Notes: generated from the letters alone by a model not told the origin. A DNA stretch of 45,727 nucleotides from a virus (IMGVR_UViG_3300045988_065855:1-45727); one strand, 5' to 3'; numbered from the stretch's first letter, positions 1 through 7,965 are shown. Made by a program: numbers and translations.

Positions 1-99
1 CGAAAACTCGTGTGACCCGGATTACATCCTTAACGGCGTTGAACTCCGGTACGACGATCTCGACCTCGTACCGGATAATTACGGCGAGGAAAGCGAATC
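1..99 (+). repeat. Terminal direct repeat, copy 1 (identical to 45629..45727)
   Basis: Base-by-base comparison: cgaaaactcgtgtgacccgg...ggaaagcgaatc occurs at both ends. Confidence 0.95.
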
Positions 100-122
100 A
101 GTTTAACTAAGGAGGCAATCGC

Positions 123-476
123 ATGGCCAGAAGAAAATATTCATCGGATGCTGAACTCGCCGAGTTCGATGCCGAAATGGATGCGGTATGGAACCGCAAG
201 CCGGTCTATTCCCCGACGCCGGAAACCCTGCCGGAAGGCGTGGTACATTTTGCACCAGCCGCTTTGCCGACCGGCGTGCAGTTCGACCGGCCAACCGGCT
301 GGTTTTACACCAGCTACAACCCCGAGACCCACGAGGGCGAAGGCTGGTTCGGAACTGAAGACCGTCAGAGCTACGACTTCGAGGATGAGCTCCGCGAAGA
401 CGAGTACGGCGACCTTGTCCTCATGAGCCGCAACTGTGGCTATGGGGAGGGCTGCTTCTGGTCGGAATGGCGCTAA
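123..476 (+). CDS. Hypothetical acidic protein (117 aa)
   Basis: ATG preceded by SD AAGGAGG (109-115). Protein-like composition. Member of the +-strand accessory cluster. Confidence 0.75.
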   Translation: MARRKYSSDAELAEFDAEMDAVWNRKPVYSPTPETLPEGVVHFAPAALPTGVQFDRPTGWFYTSYNPETHEGEGWFGTEDRQSYDFEDELREDEYGDLVLMSRNCGYGEGCFWSEWR

Positions 477-500
477 ACACAGCAAGGAGGTAAAATAAAA

Positions 501-767
501 ATGACAAACATCCAGTTCTACAAATTCTGGGGCAAAGCCCTTGAGTACACCGACCGTGACGCATTCGTATCCGACGCCGCCCTCTCGTCCCTCTGGGGCG
601 AGGACGACGCCGACCCCCATGGTGCATGTCCCGGAACTTGGGAAGCTCTGGGACGCAGCGCACACAGGCGTAAAGGCAATCCGCGAACTTACCTGCATGA
701 CGCAGGCCGAGTTCGCCGCCCGTCACCTCGTCCCGCTGCGCACCTTGCAGCGCTGGGAAAAGGGTGA
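501..767 (+). CDS. Hypothetical ORF; only the first ~39 codons look coding, and it may be fused by a frameshift to the downstream HTH frame
   Basis: ATG 501 with SD AAGGAGG. GC3 is high for 501-617, then falls to ~50% while the overlapping +1 frame shows high GC3. A C5 run sits at 614-618. Confidence 0.4.
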   Translation: MTNIQFYKFWGKALEYTDRDAFVSDAALSSLWGEDDADPHGACPGTWEALGRSAHRRKGNPRTYLHDAGRVRRPSPRPAAHLAALGKG

Positions 768-825
768 GTGCCCCGAGCACATCCGCCTGTTTCTTCTCGA
801 GTCAGAAGGGATGTACAAGCGTTGA
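619..825 (+). CDS. XRE/antitoxin-like helix-turn-helix protein (68 aa as a stand-alone ORF)
   Basis: Motif IRELTCMTQAEFAARHLVPLRTLQRWEKGE is a typical HTH_XRE signature. High GC3 in this frame. ATG 619 has only a weak SD. Confidence 0.65.
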   Translation: MVHVPELGKLWDAAHTGVKAIRELTCMTQAEFAARHLVPLRTLQRWEKGECPEHIRLFLLESEGMYKR

Positions 826-839
826 GCCGCAAAGTTGTA

Positions 840-1511
840 ATGCTTCAACGGACATGCGTCGATTGCGGGAAAACCTTCATCGGCACCCCGAGCTCGCAAC
901 GCTGCCCCGCTTGTCGCGCGGTGCGCGAGCAGGAGTACAGAAGGGCGCACAAGGAGAAAAAGGAGCAGGGCACGGTGCGGCGTTTCGGATCCACGGACGT
1001 CTGCCCGATTTGTGGCAAATCATACACGGTCGTAGGAGGGCTGCAAAAATACTGTTCCGCCGACTGCCGACGCAAAGCGAAGGCTTTCCCGATGGTCAAA
1101 AAAACAAGCGTATCCGGGCACGTTATTCCGCCACTCCTACAGCAAGGCGGACCTTTCGAGATTGTCGAACGTTACAGCGGAGATGGGAAAGTTCGTTTCC
1201 GCGCACGCTGCAAGCACTGCGGCCGTGTTATATACCGCGCCGACTCGTTTTTCTACGAACCGACCGTGAAATCCTGCGGCTGTTTGCGTAACGCCCCGCG
1301 TCCCGGCGCACGGGAAGCAGTCCGCGAAGGAGCCGCAAAGATACCGCACACCTGCCCGGTCTGTGGGAAAGCCTTCACTGGAGGGGCGCATTCAAAATAC
1401 TGCCCCGACTGTCGGGATGATGTCCACCGTACTTACGTCAAAAACGCCGCCCGCCGCCGCGCCGGTTGGACCGAAGAAGAAATCGCCCTCGGCCACCGCA
1501 TCAAGAAATAA
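840..1511 (+). CDS. Multi-zinc-ribbon protein (223 aa, four CxxC...CxxC pairs)
   Basis: First ATG of ORF 768..1511 (the track start is GTG). Repeated CxxC pairs: CVDCG..CPAC, CPICG..CSADC, CKHCG..CGC, CPVCG..CPDC. Confidence 0.7.
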   Translation: MLQRTCVDCGKTFIGTPSSQRCPACRAVREQEYRRAHKEKKEQGTVRRFGSTDVCPICGKSYTVVGGLQKYCSADCRRKAKAFPMVKKTSVSGHVIPPLLQQGGPFEIVERYSGDGKVRFRARCKHCGRVIYRADSFFYEPTVKSCGCLRNAPRPGAREAVREGAAKIPHTCPVCGKAFTGGAHSKYCPDCRDDVHRTYVKNAARRRAGWTEEEIALGHRIKK

Positions 1512-1513
1512 AC

Positions 1514-1566
1514 CACAACCCCCACCGCAGACCATCGTTTCCGCGTGTGGGGGCTGTGTCTTTTGG
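1514..1566 (+). terminator. Putative intrinsic terminator of the +-strand accessory cluster
   Basis: CACAACCCCCAC (1514-1525) pairs with GTGGGGGCTGTG (1547-1558) with one mismatch, followed by TCTTTTGG. The loop is large (21 nt). Confidence 0.5.
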
Positions 1567-2125
1567 AAATGTAACCCCCTCGCCGGGCTTGCACCGGCTA
1601 ACGACTGCATGGGGGGAATGTATACCCCTTTCGGGGTATGTGCGCTTTTCGCCGCGCGAACGTCGGGCTTTTACCGATGGTCTCCCAGCTTATTTTCATG
1701 CAGGGCGTGCAAACAGAACACAAAATGCCACAAAATAGTACGAGAGAAGGAGTTTCACCTCGCTTTCGTAATCTTTTTTGATTTTTGCCCTGCACGTATG
1801 CAGCTTTTCGGCTCTCGCGGTCCGTTGGCGTGCATCTCGCCGCCCCCTTGTGGTTAGGGCTGTGCGCCGTCGCTATCCGGCGTGTCACAATGCTATCGGT
1901 TTGGTTTTCCGGCTGACTGGTTACAGCGGGGCGCGACCCCGGCGGCATCGCCTGCAAGCGTACCGCGCCCGCCGAGCTGTTGCAGCAGCCCCGGCAGGAG
2001 TTCGGGAACAGATGCCCGTCTTTCCAGGCTGTCAGAATAGGTGTCGGCGTGCCGTTCCGTAAGCTGCGCCTTGCTCGTCTTTCCGAGCCGTCAGATTATG
2101 GGCAGCCGTTCGGCTGTCTTTTTTT
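1567..2125 (+). ncRNA. Candidate untranslated structured transcript (no credible ORF), bounded by two +-strand terminators
   Basis: No ORF with SD or protein-like composition. Hairpins at 1582-1598, 1622-1639, 1790-1803 and 1927-1941. Ends at the terminator 2101-2125. Confidence 0.3.
2101..2125 (+). terminator. Intrinsic terminator (+ strand)
   Basis: GGCAGCC-gttc-GGCTGTC forms a 7-bp stem with one G.U pair that is valid only on the + strand, followed by T7 (2119-2125). Confidence 0.7.
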
Positions 2126-2442
2126 GTGCTCACTCGCCCTCATGCAGGCTTTGCGAGCATATGCGGCATCTCTGCCGCGTTTCCTTGAACTGTATTCCCG
2201 GAAGTCAAAGGGCCCGCGCGCCCTCGTGCAGACGCGGCGGACAGGCTGAGACGGTTTCCCGCCTCATTCGGGAATGCCTTGGGCGAAAGGAAGTGTGAGC
2301 CCCTCCGGCCTCGTGCAGCCTTTGGAGCGTGTCCCCCGCCGAAGCAGGGGAGAGAATTAGGAGGACATAACCGGAATTTATCAACCCGCGAATGCCGTGG
2401 TTTTGCTCCCTTGGAGCTCTTCCACGATACTATTGTATCACA

Positions 2443-2856
2443 TTATTGCGTATTGTGGGGTATTAACTTATCCACAGCATTCAGTGCCATTCTGTGCATG
2501 TAACCCTTTACGTGCGCCTCGCTGTATTGCAGTCGCCGCGCCGTCTGTGCCCATGTTGCGCCGTTCACGTACCGTTCAAGCAGGAGCGTTTGCAGCTCGT
2601 TATCCCGCATTTCGCCCAGCACGCGCACGATCTCGCCGTATATCTTCGCAAGTTCGTTTTCCTTCTCTGCGATCTTCTCGCCCAGTTCGATGTATGGGTC
2701 TGCCTTGTTCCCCGTGCTCCCTTTTCCGCCCGGCGTATCCCTTACCGGCGCGGTTGCGCCCGTTGCCCGTGCATAGGCGCGTTTCCGCGCCTCCTGCAAG
2801 GCTGTAATCGTCTTTTCCAGTGCGCGCCCGCGCATCAGCCATTCTTTCGCTGTCAT
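2443..2856 (-). CDS. Sigma-70 region-4-like HTH regulator (ArpU/RinA/DUF1492-like putative late activator, 137 aa)
   Basis: ATG 2856 with SD AAGGAG and an ATGA overlap with the upstream gene. C-terminal ERYVNGATWAQTARRLQYSEAHVKGYMHRMALNAV resembles a sigma r4 HTH. Confidence 0.6.
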   Translation of the reverse strand: MTAKEWLMRGRALEKTITALQEARKRAYARATGATAPVRDTPGGKGSTGNKADPYIELGEKIAEKENELAKIYGEIVRVLGEMRDNELQTLLLERYVNGATWAQTARRLQYSEAHVKGYMHRMALNAVDKLIPHNTQ

Positions 2857-3098
2857 CGACTTGTAATCTCCTTGGTGCTTCCATCGTGCTTGAAAGCTAT
2901 CCGTCTGCGGTAGCTTTCTGTTCTTTTTGTGCACCCTTCGCCCGGCTCGCATCCCCTCGAATGCCGGTTAACCAATGCGTAGTGGCACGCCCACAGCTTC
3001 AGATTTTTATAGTTGCCGAGCGTCCGCCAGTAAGCGCAGTTCCGGCACGGCATATCGCCATAATAAATAACGCCGGATTTCCTCGCAGTATCGATCAT
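2853..3098 (-). CDS. Cys-rich hypothetical protein (81 aa)
   Basis: ATG with SD GGAGAGGAG. Translationally coupled (ATGA) to the downstream regulator. Confidence 0.65.
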   Translation of the reverse strand: MIDTARKSGVIYYGDMPCRNCAYWRTLGNYKNLKLWACHYALVNRHSRGCEPGEGCTKRTESYRRRIAFKHDGSTKEITSR

Positions 3099-3247
3099 TC
3101 ATTTTCTCCTCTCCGAGTTCTTTTCTGATTGCCCTTACCACCGCCTCCCACTTGTTCAATGTTTCCCCTCCCTATCCGCAATGCCGTAGCGCCACACGAG
3201 GTAGCGCTTGATTTCTTTCAGATACTCTCTCATTTCAGGACTATACA

Positions 3248-3973
3248 TTATCCGTCCAGCCACCTGTTTTCCAGTGCACAGAAACCATATACCGCGCCAC
3301 CGGTCAGAGTAATCCATAATACACCGAACAAGATGATAGCAATATTACCTTGTCTTATAGCAAGGTTTACAATCGCCTGTGGTTCTGCGTCCGTATAAAA
3401 CCTGTTGTTGTCTGCAATCATATGATCTTTGATTTGCGTATGTATACTGCCAACCATATTTGCGTCCACAGCTTCGTAATAATGCCGCACAAGTCTGCTG
3501 TCATAGATTGTATCGCCCTGTTGGTGCGCTGTAACGGAAAACTTATCCGCCGGGAATGATGCACCCATGAACATGTATGTTTCTGTGCTGTCTTTCTCCC
3601 GGTCAATCTCGTCCCACGTCCAATATATCTCGGTGCGGGTGTGCGTATGTCCCTTGCTATCGGTATAGGTCACTTCGCGCGTGTGCATGGTATATTGCTC
3701 CGTGATTTTGGTCAGCTGCGCATATTCGCCATCTAAATCATCAGCCGAAACGGGTTGTTCGGCAACCAGATTGCCGTAAGCGATGACATTCCCGAAATCG
3801 GTAGCCAGCGCGTACTGAAACTGCTCATCGTCTGTGATCTGCGCTGCCGTGGTAAATTTCTCGTTTGTCTCAGCGATATGGTCACTGATTTTGCTACCGA
3901 GCAGAAATCCCAGTGCCACCATAACAAACACGATTGCAACGCTGAACGCAATCTCACGAGGCTTAATCTCCAT
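3248..3973 (-). CDS. Membrane protein with N- and C-terminal TM helices (241 aa), partner of LemA
   Basis: ATG 3973 overlaps the lemA stop. Hydrophobic segments IAFSVAIVFVMVALGFLLG and IAIILFGVLWITLTGGAVYGF. The region is AT-richer than its flanks. Confidence 0.7.
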   Translation of the reverse strand: MEIKPREIAFSVAIVFVMVALGFLLGSKISDHIAETNEKFTTAAQITDDEQFQYALATDFGNVIAYGNLVAEQPVSADDLDGEYAQLTKITEQYTMHTREVTYTDSKGHTHTRTEIYWTWDEIDREKDSTETYMFMGASFPADKFSVTAHQQGDTIYDSRLVRHYYEAVDANMVGSIHTQIKDHMIADNNRFYTDAEPQAIVNLAIRQGNIAIILFGVLWITLTGGAVYGFCALENRWLDG

Positions 3974-4517
3974 CGCTGTCACCGAACAGGTTCTGCGGAG
4001 CATCTTCCGGTGCGTCGTAGTCCGTGTAGGTCGTGTCGATTGTCTGGTAGTTCATTACCCTCAGCAGAAAACCGGTCGGGAAAGACCGTACCAGCTTGTT
4101 GTATGCCCGTACCTGCTGATTGTAGTTGTTGCGGTACTGCGCGATCTGGTTCTCGGTCAGCGCAAGTTCGGTCATGAGTTGCTTGTAATTTTCGTTTGCC
4201 TTGAGTTCCGGGTACTGCTCCGCAACAGCATTTAACGTAACCTGTGCTTCTTCTACCTTGCCCGATGCGGCAGCAGTGCGAGCCTGCGTAATCCTGGTCA
4301 GCGTATCGCCCTCGTAATTCTGGTAGGACTTCACCACGTCTGCCAGATTGTACACGAGGTCAACACGGCGTTTCTCGGCTACCTGTACGTCGGCCGCCGC
4401 CGAACTGACCTGTTCCTCTGCCGATACCGCACGGTTATTGGCAGATATGAATGCAGCGGCGATCATAAGTACCAGCGCTGCCACGATGGCCAGCACGATT
4501 AAAGCAATTTTCTTCAT
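3963..4517 (-). CDS. lemA: LemA family membrane protein (184 aa)
   Basis: N-terminal TM helix plus AEKRRVDLVYNLADVVKSYQNYEGDTLTRITQAR, typical of LemA. ATG 4517 with SD GAGAGGA. Confidence 0.8.
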   Translation of the reverse strand: MKKIALIVLAIVAALVLMIAAAFISANNRAVSAEEQVSSAAADVQVAEKRRVDLVYNLADVVKSYQNYEGDTLTRITQARTAAASGKVEEAQVTLNAVAEQYPELKANENYKQLMTELALTENQIAQYRNNYNQQVRAYNKLVRSFPTGFLLRVMNYQTIDTTYTDYDAPEDAPQNLFGDSDGD

Positions 4518-4518
4518 T

Positions 4519-4830
4519 TCATTCCTCTCTTTCCAACATGTCAAGGTACTTTCTCGCCATCGCCGCCACCTGTATAGCCTCGCAGGCGGCGGCGATGGCA
4601 CGCAGTCTAATTGCTTCCACATTGTCAGCAGTTGTATTGCGTTTCACGCTTCCCCACAAATAGCAGTTGATCTCGCCGTCGAGCTGATGCACTTCTTCTT
4701 CCAGTTCGTCGTATTTCTCACGCAGCACCGCCCACCCCTCATGCGGGCTATGGAACTGCGGGAACCGCTCATTTGCGCTTGCAAGCTCCTTTCCCACGAG
4801 CTTTTCAACATCTTCACATACTGCGTTCAT
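4519..4830 (-). CDS. Hypothetical protein (103 aa)
   Basis: ATG 4830 with SD GGAGGA. Lies in the - strand early operon. Confidence 0.6.
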   Translation of the reverse strand: MNAVCEDVEKLVGKELASANERFPQFHSPHEGWAVLREKYDELEEEVHQLDGEINCYLWGSVKRNTTADNVEAIRLRAIAAACEAIQVAAMARKYLDMLEREE

Positions 4831-4999
4831 CGTTTTCCTCCAGATACTTCCGCATGGTGCTGACCGCAATGCGGCAGGCTTCCTCGCAGGCAGCGGCCAT
4901 CTTCTCTCGACCGTGCAGACCGCCGTAGTATTCGATCGTTGCCAGCTCCTCGGCTGTCGTTTCCGGGTCGAGGATGCGGATTGCCTGGTTAATCGTCAC
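4814..4999 (-). CDS. Hypothetical protein (61 aa)
   Basis: GTG start overlapping the upstream stop (GTGA). Protein-like composition. Confidence 0.5.
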   Translation of the reverse strand: MTINQAIRILDPETTAEELATIEYYGGLHGREKMAAACEEACRIAVSTMRKYLEENDERSM

Positions 5000-5367
5000 A
5001 GTTCTACCCCCTCAATCTCCGCGCGGATTTCCAGATCGTGCAGATACTCGCCCATGTGTCGCTTCTGCTGGCATAGCAGTTCGAGCGAACAGTTCGGCGT
5101 AAAGCCAAGCGTTCCCGCTTCGTACTTCGTCACCATCCGGTGCAGCTTTTCATAGCGTTCCTTGGTCTCGCGGTACTCGCACTGCATGTGCTCCTGCCAT
5201 GTCGGTTCGCTTTTATTCTGGATTACTGACGCTTCACGCACCATTGCTGCTTCAATTAAATGTGCATTCATAGCGCAATACTCCTTCAATTCTTTGCTTT
5301 TCATTGGATAACCAAACCCGTATCTTGCAACCATGCGTGAAAAATGCAACATTTCTTCCAAATTCAT
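4996..5367 (-). CDS. Hypothetical phage protein (123 aa)
   Basis: ATGA overlap with the upstream gene. The C-terminal YEAGTLGFTPNCSLELLCQQKRHMGEYLHDLEIRA motif recurs in uncharacterised phage proteins (from memory, unverified). Confidence 0.6.
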   Translation of the reverse strand: MNLEEMLHFSRMVARYGFGYPMKSKELKEYCAMNAHLIEAAMVREASVIQNKSEPTWQEHMQCEYRETKERYEKLHRMVTKYEAGTLGFTPNCSLELLCQQKRHMGEYLHDLEIRAEIEGVEL

Positions 5368-5639
5368 TCTTCCACCCTCTCATACGTCTTTTCGAAAATA
5401 TCCGGCTTGCAGGGATAAAACTCGCCGTTTACACCCTTGATGATGTAGTCGCCAACAGATGCGTAAAGCATGCCCTCAAGAGTGCTTATCATCAAGTCGT
5501 AGGCAATAACCAATCCGTCCGCGCGCTGCTTTTGAGCAGTAAAAATCGCACTGTGAGTGCAGAAAGCACGGATTTCCTCTCGGTTCTTGCCCGTCCACCG
5601 GACAGCTTCAATCACAACAGGTTTCTTGCGGTACTTCAT
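5364..5639 (-). CDS. Hypothetical phage protein (91 aa)
   Basis: ATG 5639 with SD AAAGGAGAG. The KKPVVIEAV...GEFYPCKPDIFEKTYE pattern is common in small phage proteins. Confidence 0.6.
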   Translation of the reverse strand: MKYRKKPVVIEAVRWTGKNREEIRAFCTHSAIFTAQKQRADGLVIAYDLMISTLEGMLYASVGDYIIKGVNGEFYPCKPDIFEKTYERVEE

Positions 5640-5653
5640 TCTTTGCTCTCCTT

Positions 5654-5878
5654 TCATTCTTTCGGATAAGCGTCTTTCTTACTCTTTGTGCGGATTCGCT
5701 CAAAGGCAGCTTCGACAAGTGCACGCCAGAATTTGCAATGTGCCGCAATTTCAAAAATTGTTTTGCTGCCGATAAACAACAGACACCAGAGCAATCCAAA
5801 CAGAAGAATCAAACCGCCAAAAATTACGGTAGCGCAAACATATGCGTTGACAATCGGGGCAGGGATGTTAAATATCAT
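5654..5878 (-). CDS. Small membrane protein (74 aa)
   Basis: ATG 5878 with SD GGAGG. TM stretch VCATVIFGGLILLFGLLWCLLFIG. Confidence 0.55.
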   Translation of the reverse strand: MIFNIPAPIVNAYVCATVIFGGLILLFGLLWCLLFIGSKTIFEIAAHCKFWRALVEAAFERIRTKSKKDAYPKE

Positions 5879-6269
5879 CGTCCGTAACCTCCACCTCCCC
5901 AATCAGCCGGTTCAGATACCACCGGCACTTCTTCAAATCCTCCACACCGTTCTTGTTCCGGTGCCTCCACAGGTACTTGAACGCACTGCACAGGCAAAAG
6001 TCCTTTACCGCCTCTACGCCAAACGCCGCCTGCATCGCGTCGATGCACTCGATACCGCCGGACGTGTAGTGCGCCGGGCGGTCGTCCTCGATAATCTCAA
6101 ATCCTGCCAAACGAGCAACTTCTTCGGGATTTTTAATTGTATACTCTCTACAACTGCAATCCATCTCTATTTTTCTGAATACGCAAGCGATGCATGCCGA
6201 GTGCGCACAAATATTGTTGTAAATTTCGGTTGGCGTATCGTACACTTTCCCGTCTTTCTTAAACTTCAT
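5868..6269 (-). CDS. DUF3310-like phage protein (133 aa)
   Basis: HYTSGGIECIDAM...FCLCSAFKYLWRHRNKNGVEDLKKCRWYL matches the DUF3310 pattern (HY..IE.ID...KY..R...K..DL.KA..Y). Confidence 0.65.
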   Translation of the reverse strand: MKFKKDGKVYDTPTEIYNNICAHSACIACVFRKIEMDCSCREYTIKNPEEVARLAGFEIIEDDRPAHYTSGGIECIDAMQAAFGVEAVKDFCLCSAFKYLWRHRNKNGVEDLKKCRWYLNRLIGEVEVTDDDI

Positions 6270-6396
6270 CGTTTGCCCTCCTGTTCCATGCTCTGACAGC
6301 TTCTTCTGAAGTCCTCGTCACATACGCCACACAGTTCTCAGGGTCATTCCCGCAGAGACATGGTGCATATACGCACGAATCACACATTGTAAACAT
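6259..6396 (-). CDS. Small Cys-rich Lar-like protein (45 aa)
   Basis: Not in the ORF track (<60 aa). ATG 6396 lies 1 nt after the upstream stop. Ends ...EEAVRAWNRRANDEV, like its Lar-type neighbour. Overlaps the next start. Confidence 0.45.
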   Translation of the reverse strand: MFTMCDSCVYAPCLCGNDPENCVAYVTRTSEEAVRAWNRRANDEV

Positions 6397-6397
6397 C

Positions 6398-6589
6398 TCA
6401 GTTAGTGTCATTGTCACCCCTCCTGTTCCATGCCTTAATTACGTCCTCAACAGCGCTCGTTCCGACGCGCTCGCTGTCAACCAAAATCCGTGTGGTTACA
6501 CCGCATTTGGTGCAGAGCACTCTCACGCAGTTGCTTACAAGCAGGCGAGCTTTTTCACCGCAGAAGGGACACGGTTTCAGCTCAATCAT
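6398..6589 (-). CDS. Lar-family restriction-alleviation-like protein (63 aa)
   Basis: MIELKPCPFCGEKARLL...CTKCG...VIKAWNRR matches the Lar zinc-ribbon pattern. SD GGAGGTG. Confidence 0.65.
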   Translation of the reverse strand: MIELKPCPFCGEKARLLVSNCVRVLCTKCGVTTRILVDSERVGTSAVEDVIKAWNRRGDNDTN

Positions 6590-6893
6590 TGTCTGCACCT
6601 CCGTCCTTTCTCTCGCCGTAGCTGCAAAAGTCATCCAGCTCAAAATTCAAGCTGTATTCTGCGCCGCCCTCATGGTCGGTCGAAACGGCTTCGTTTTCAC
6701 ATTCCATGTGCTCGTGGTTAAAATGCTTGCAATCGCGACAATGCACCACCGGCTCCCAATCCTTGAGGTTCTCCGCCTGTTGTGCCACCCATTCCTGCGA
6801 CACTTCTGCATTGTGCTCTGCTGTACGTAGCAGTTCGATTAACTCCTTTTTCGTCATGTGGAGTAAGGTGCTGTCTGCCAACGGTTTATACAT
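6582..6893 (-). CDS. Cys-rich phage protein (103 aa), paralog of 6886..7173
   Basis: ATG 6893 with SD GGAGG. Shares the C-terminal motif VVHCRDCKH...DFCSYGERKDGG with the upstream gene. Confidence 0.6.
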   Translation of the reverse strand: MYKPLADSTLLHMTKKELIELLRTAEHNAEVSQEWVAQQAENLKDWEPVVHCRDCKHFNHEHMECENEAVSTDHEGGAEYSLNFELDDFCSYGERKDGGADND

Positions 6894-7173
6894 TGCTTTC
6901 GCCTCCGTCCCTTTTCTCGCCGTAGCTGCAATAGTCAAGTGGATAGGTTGTGAGCAAAATTCCGTGATGTCGAGGATGATAACAGTTCCAACAATCATCT
7001 TGATATTTGCAATCCTTGCATCGCACCACCGGCGCAACGTCGGCGGCAGGCACACTCTCGATAATCTCTCTGAGATAATCCGCTTTACAGTCGTCGGCAT
7101 CGCTTGAGATTGCAGTGTAATCAGCTTTCTCCACCGCCTTAATTGCAGCTTCACGCCAAATATACTCAGCCAT
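6886..7173 (-). CDS. Cys-rich phage protein (95 aa), paralog of 6582..6893
   Basis: ATG 7173 with SD GGGAGGGG. C-terminal VVRCKDCKY...DYCSYGEKRDGG. Confidence 0.6.
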   Translation of the reverse strand: MAEYIWREAAIKAVEKADYTAISSDADDCKADYLREIIESVPAADVAPVVRCKDCKYQDDCWNCYHPRHHGILLTTYPLDYCSYGEKRDGGESNV

Positions 7174-7221
7174 TCCTACCCCTCCCAAATCTCAATAAAG
7201 CTATCGTACATGATTTCCCTC

Positions 7222-7407
7222 CTATCTCGTCGCAATAACCTTAACTGCACACTCTCCGCGTCCTGCTACATACCACGCGCAGCGCTCATGTACGCAACCG
7301 CTGAGAAAACGATTTCCTGCATCCGGCATAAGGAACGGGCAATAAATCTCCAGGTCTTCTTCCTTCCGATCGTCGCTCTTCCAATCATCAATAACCTTAT
7401 TCCACAT
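7222..7407 (-). CDS. Small Cys-containing hypothetical protein (61 aa)
   Basis: ATG 7407 with SD GGGAGGA. Overlaps the upstream stop. Confidence 0.55.
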   Translation of the reverse strand: MWNKVIDDWKSDDRKEEDLEIYCPFLMPDAGNRFLSGCVHERCAWYVAGRGECAVKVIATR

Positions 7408-7939
7408 CGTTTTCCTCCCATTCCTCCACATAGCACCAACTCTGGGGCGCGCGCTTGATGTCATATGGCGCTGCGCCGAATCTCGTATTGCGTAATCCGG
7501 TAAACTCGCTCAGCTCCCGCGGCTGGTCATAGATCAGCAGGTCGGAAATGTGCCAGCCGTAGCCGGTTCCCTTTAGGTAGTTCACAATTTCTTCCCGTGT
7601 CAGGCAGGCTTGCTTTTCTACGTCATCCGGTGCATGGTTGAGGGGCGCAAGCTCATAAATCCGGTCACAGGTGAACTCGCCAATGACCTTGCCGTTTCCT
7701 TTATTTGCACCTTCGGGGTTCTCTAAGTAAGCAGACACCGCCATAAGCGAGTATTCTTCTCTTGTTGGAGCGTCCAGAACCCAGAGCGCATCATACCCAG
7801 CCTTTTCCACTGTGCAGTAAATGTAACACTTAAACGGCGTTTCCAGTTTCGGCTTGGTCTTTCTGACTTCAATGGTCTTTTCACCACTGGCAATCTCCTC
7901 ACACCACGTCGGGCGAATGCTTAACATTACAGATTTCAT
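7397..7939 (-). CDS. ASCH (PUA-like) domain protein (180 aa)
   Basis: MKSVMLSIRPTWCEEIASGEKTIEVRK is a typical ASCH N-terminus. ATG 7939 with SD GGGAGGA. Confidence 0.7.
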   Translation of the reverse strand: MKSVMLSIRPTWCEEIASGEKTIEVRKTKPKLETPFKCYIYCTVEKAGYDALWVLDAPTREEYSLMAVSAYLENPEGANKGNGKVIGEFTCDRIYELAPLNHAPDDVEKQACLTREEIVNYLKGTGYGWHISDLLIYDQPRELSEFTGLRNTRFGAAPYDIKRAPQSWCYVEEWEENDVE

Positions 7940-7965
7940 TTCGTTCCTCCCATTCCTCGCACGTC

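Noticed and set aside
1-99. Physical direct terminal repeat (DTR) of the virion DNA
   Set aside because: The repeat lies within a continuous ORF and has the size of an assembler k-mer overlap. There is no independent evidence for termini here.
768-839. Upstream GTG extension of the zinc-ribbon ORF
   Set aside because: The extension overlaps the HTH gene and is R/P/S-rich. The first ATG (840), right after the HTH stop, is the more likely start.
3156-3248. 30-aa ORF (MYSPEMREYLKEIKRYLVWRYGIADREGKH) coupled by TAATG to the upstream gene
   Set aside because: It is plausible by its coupling, but it is too short and lacks an SD or supporting similarity. It is left unannotated.
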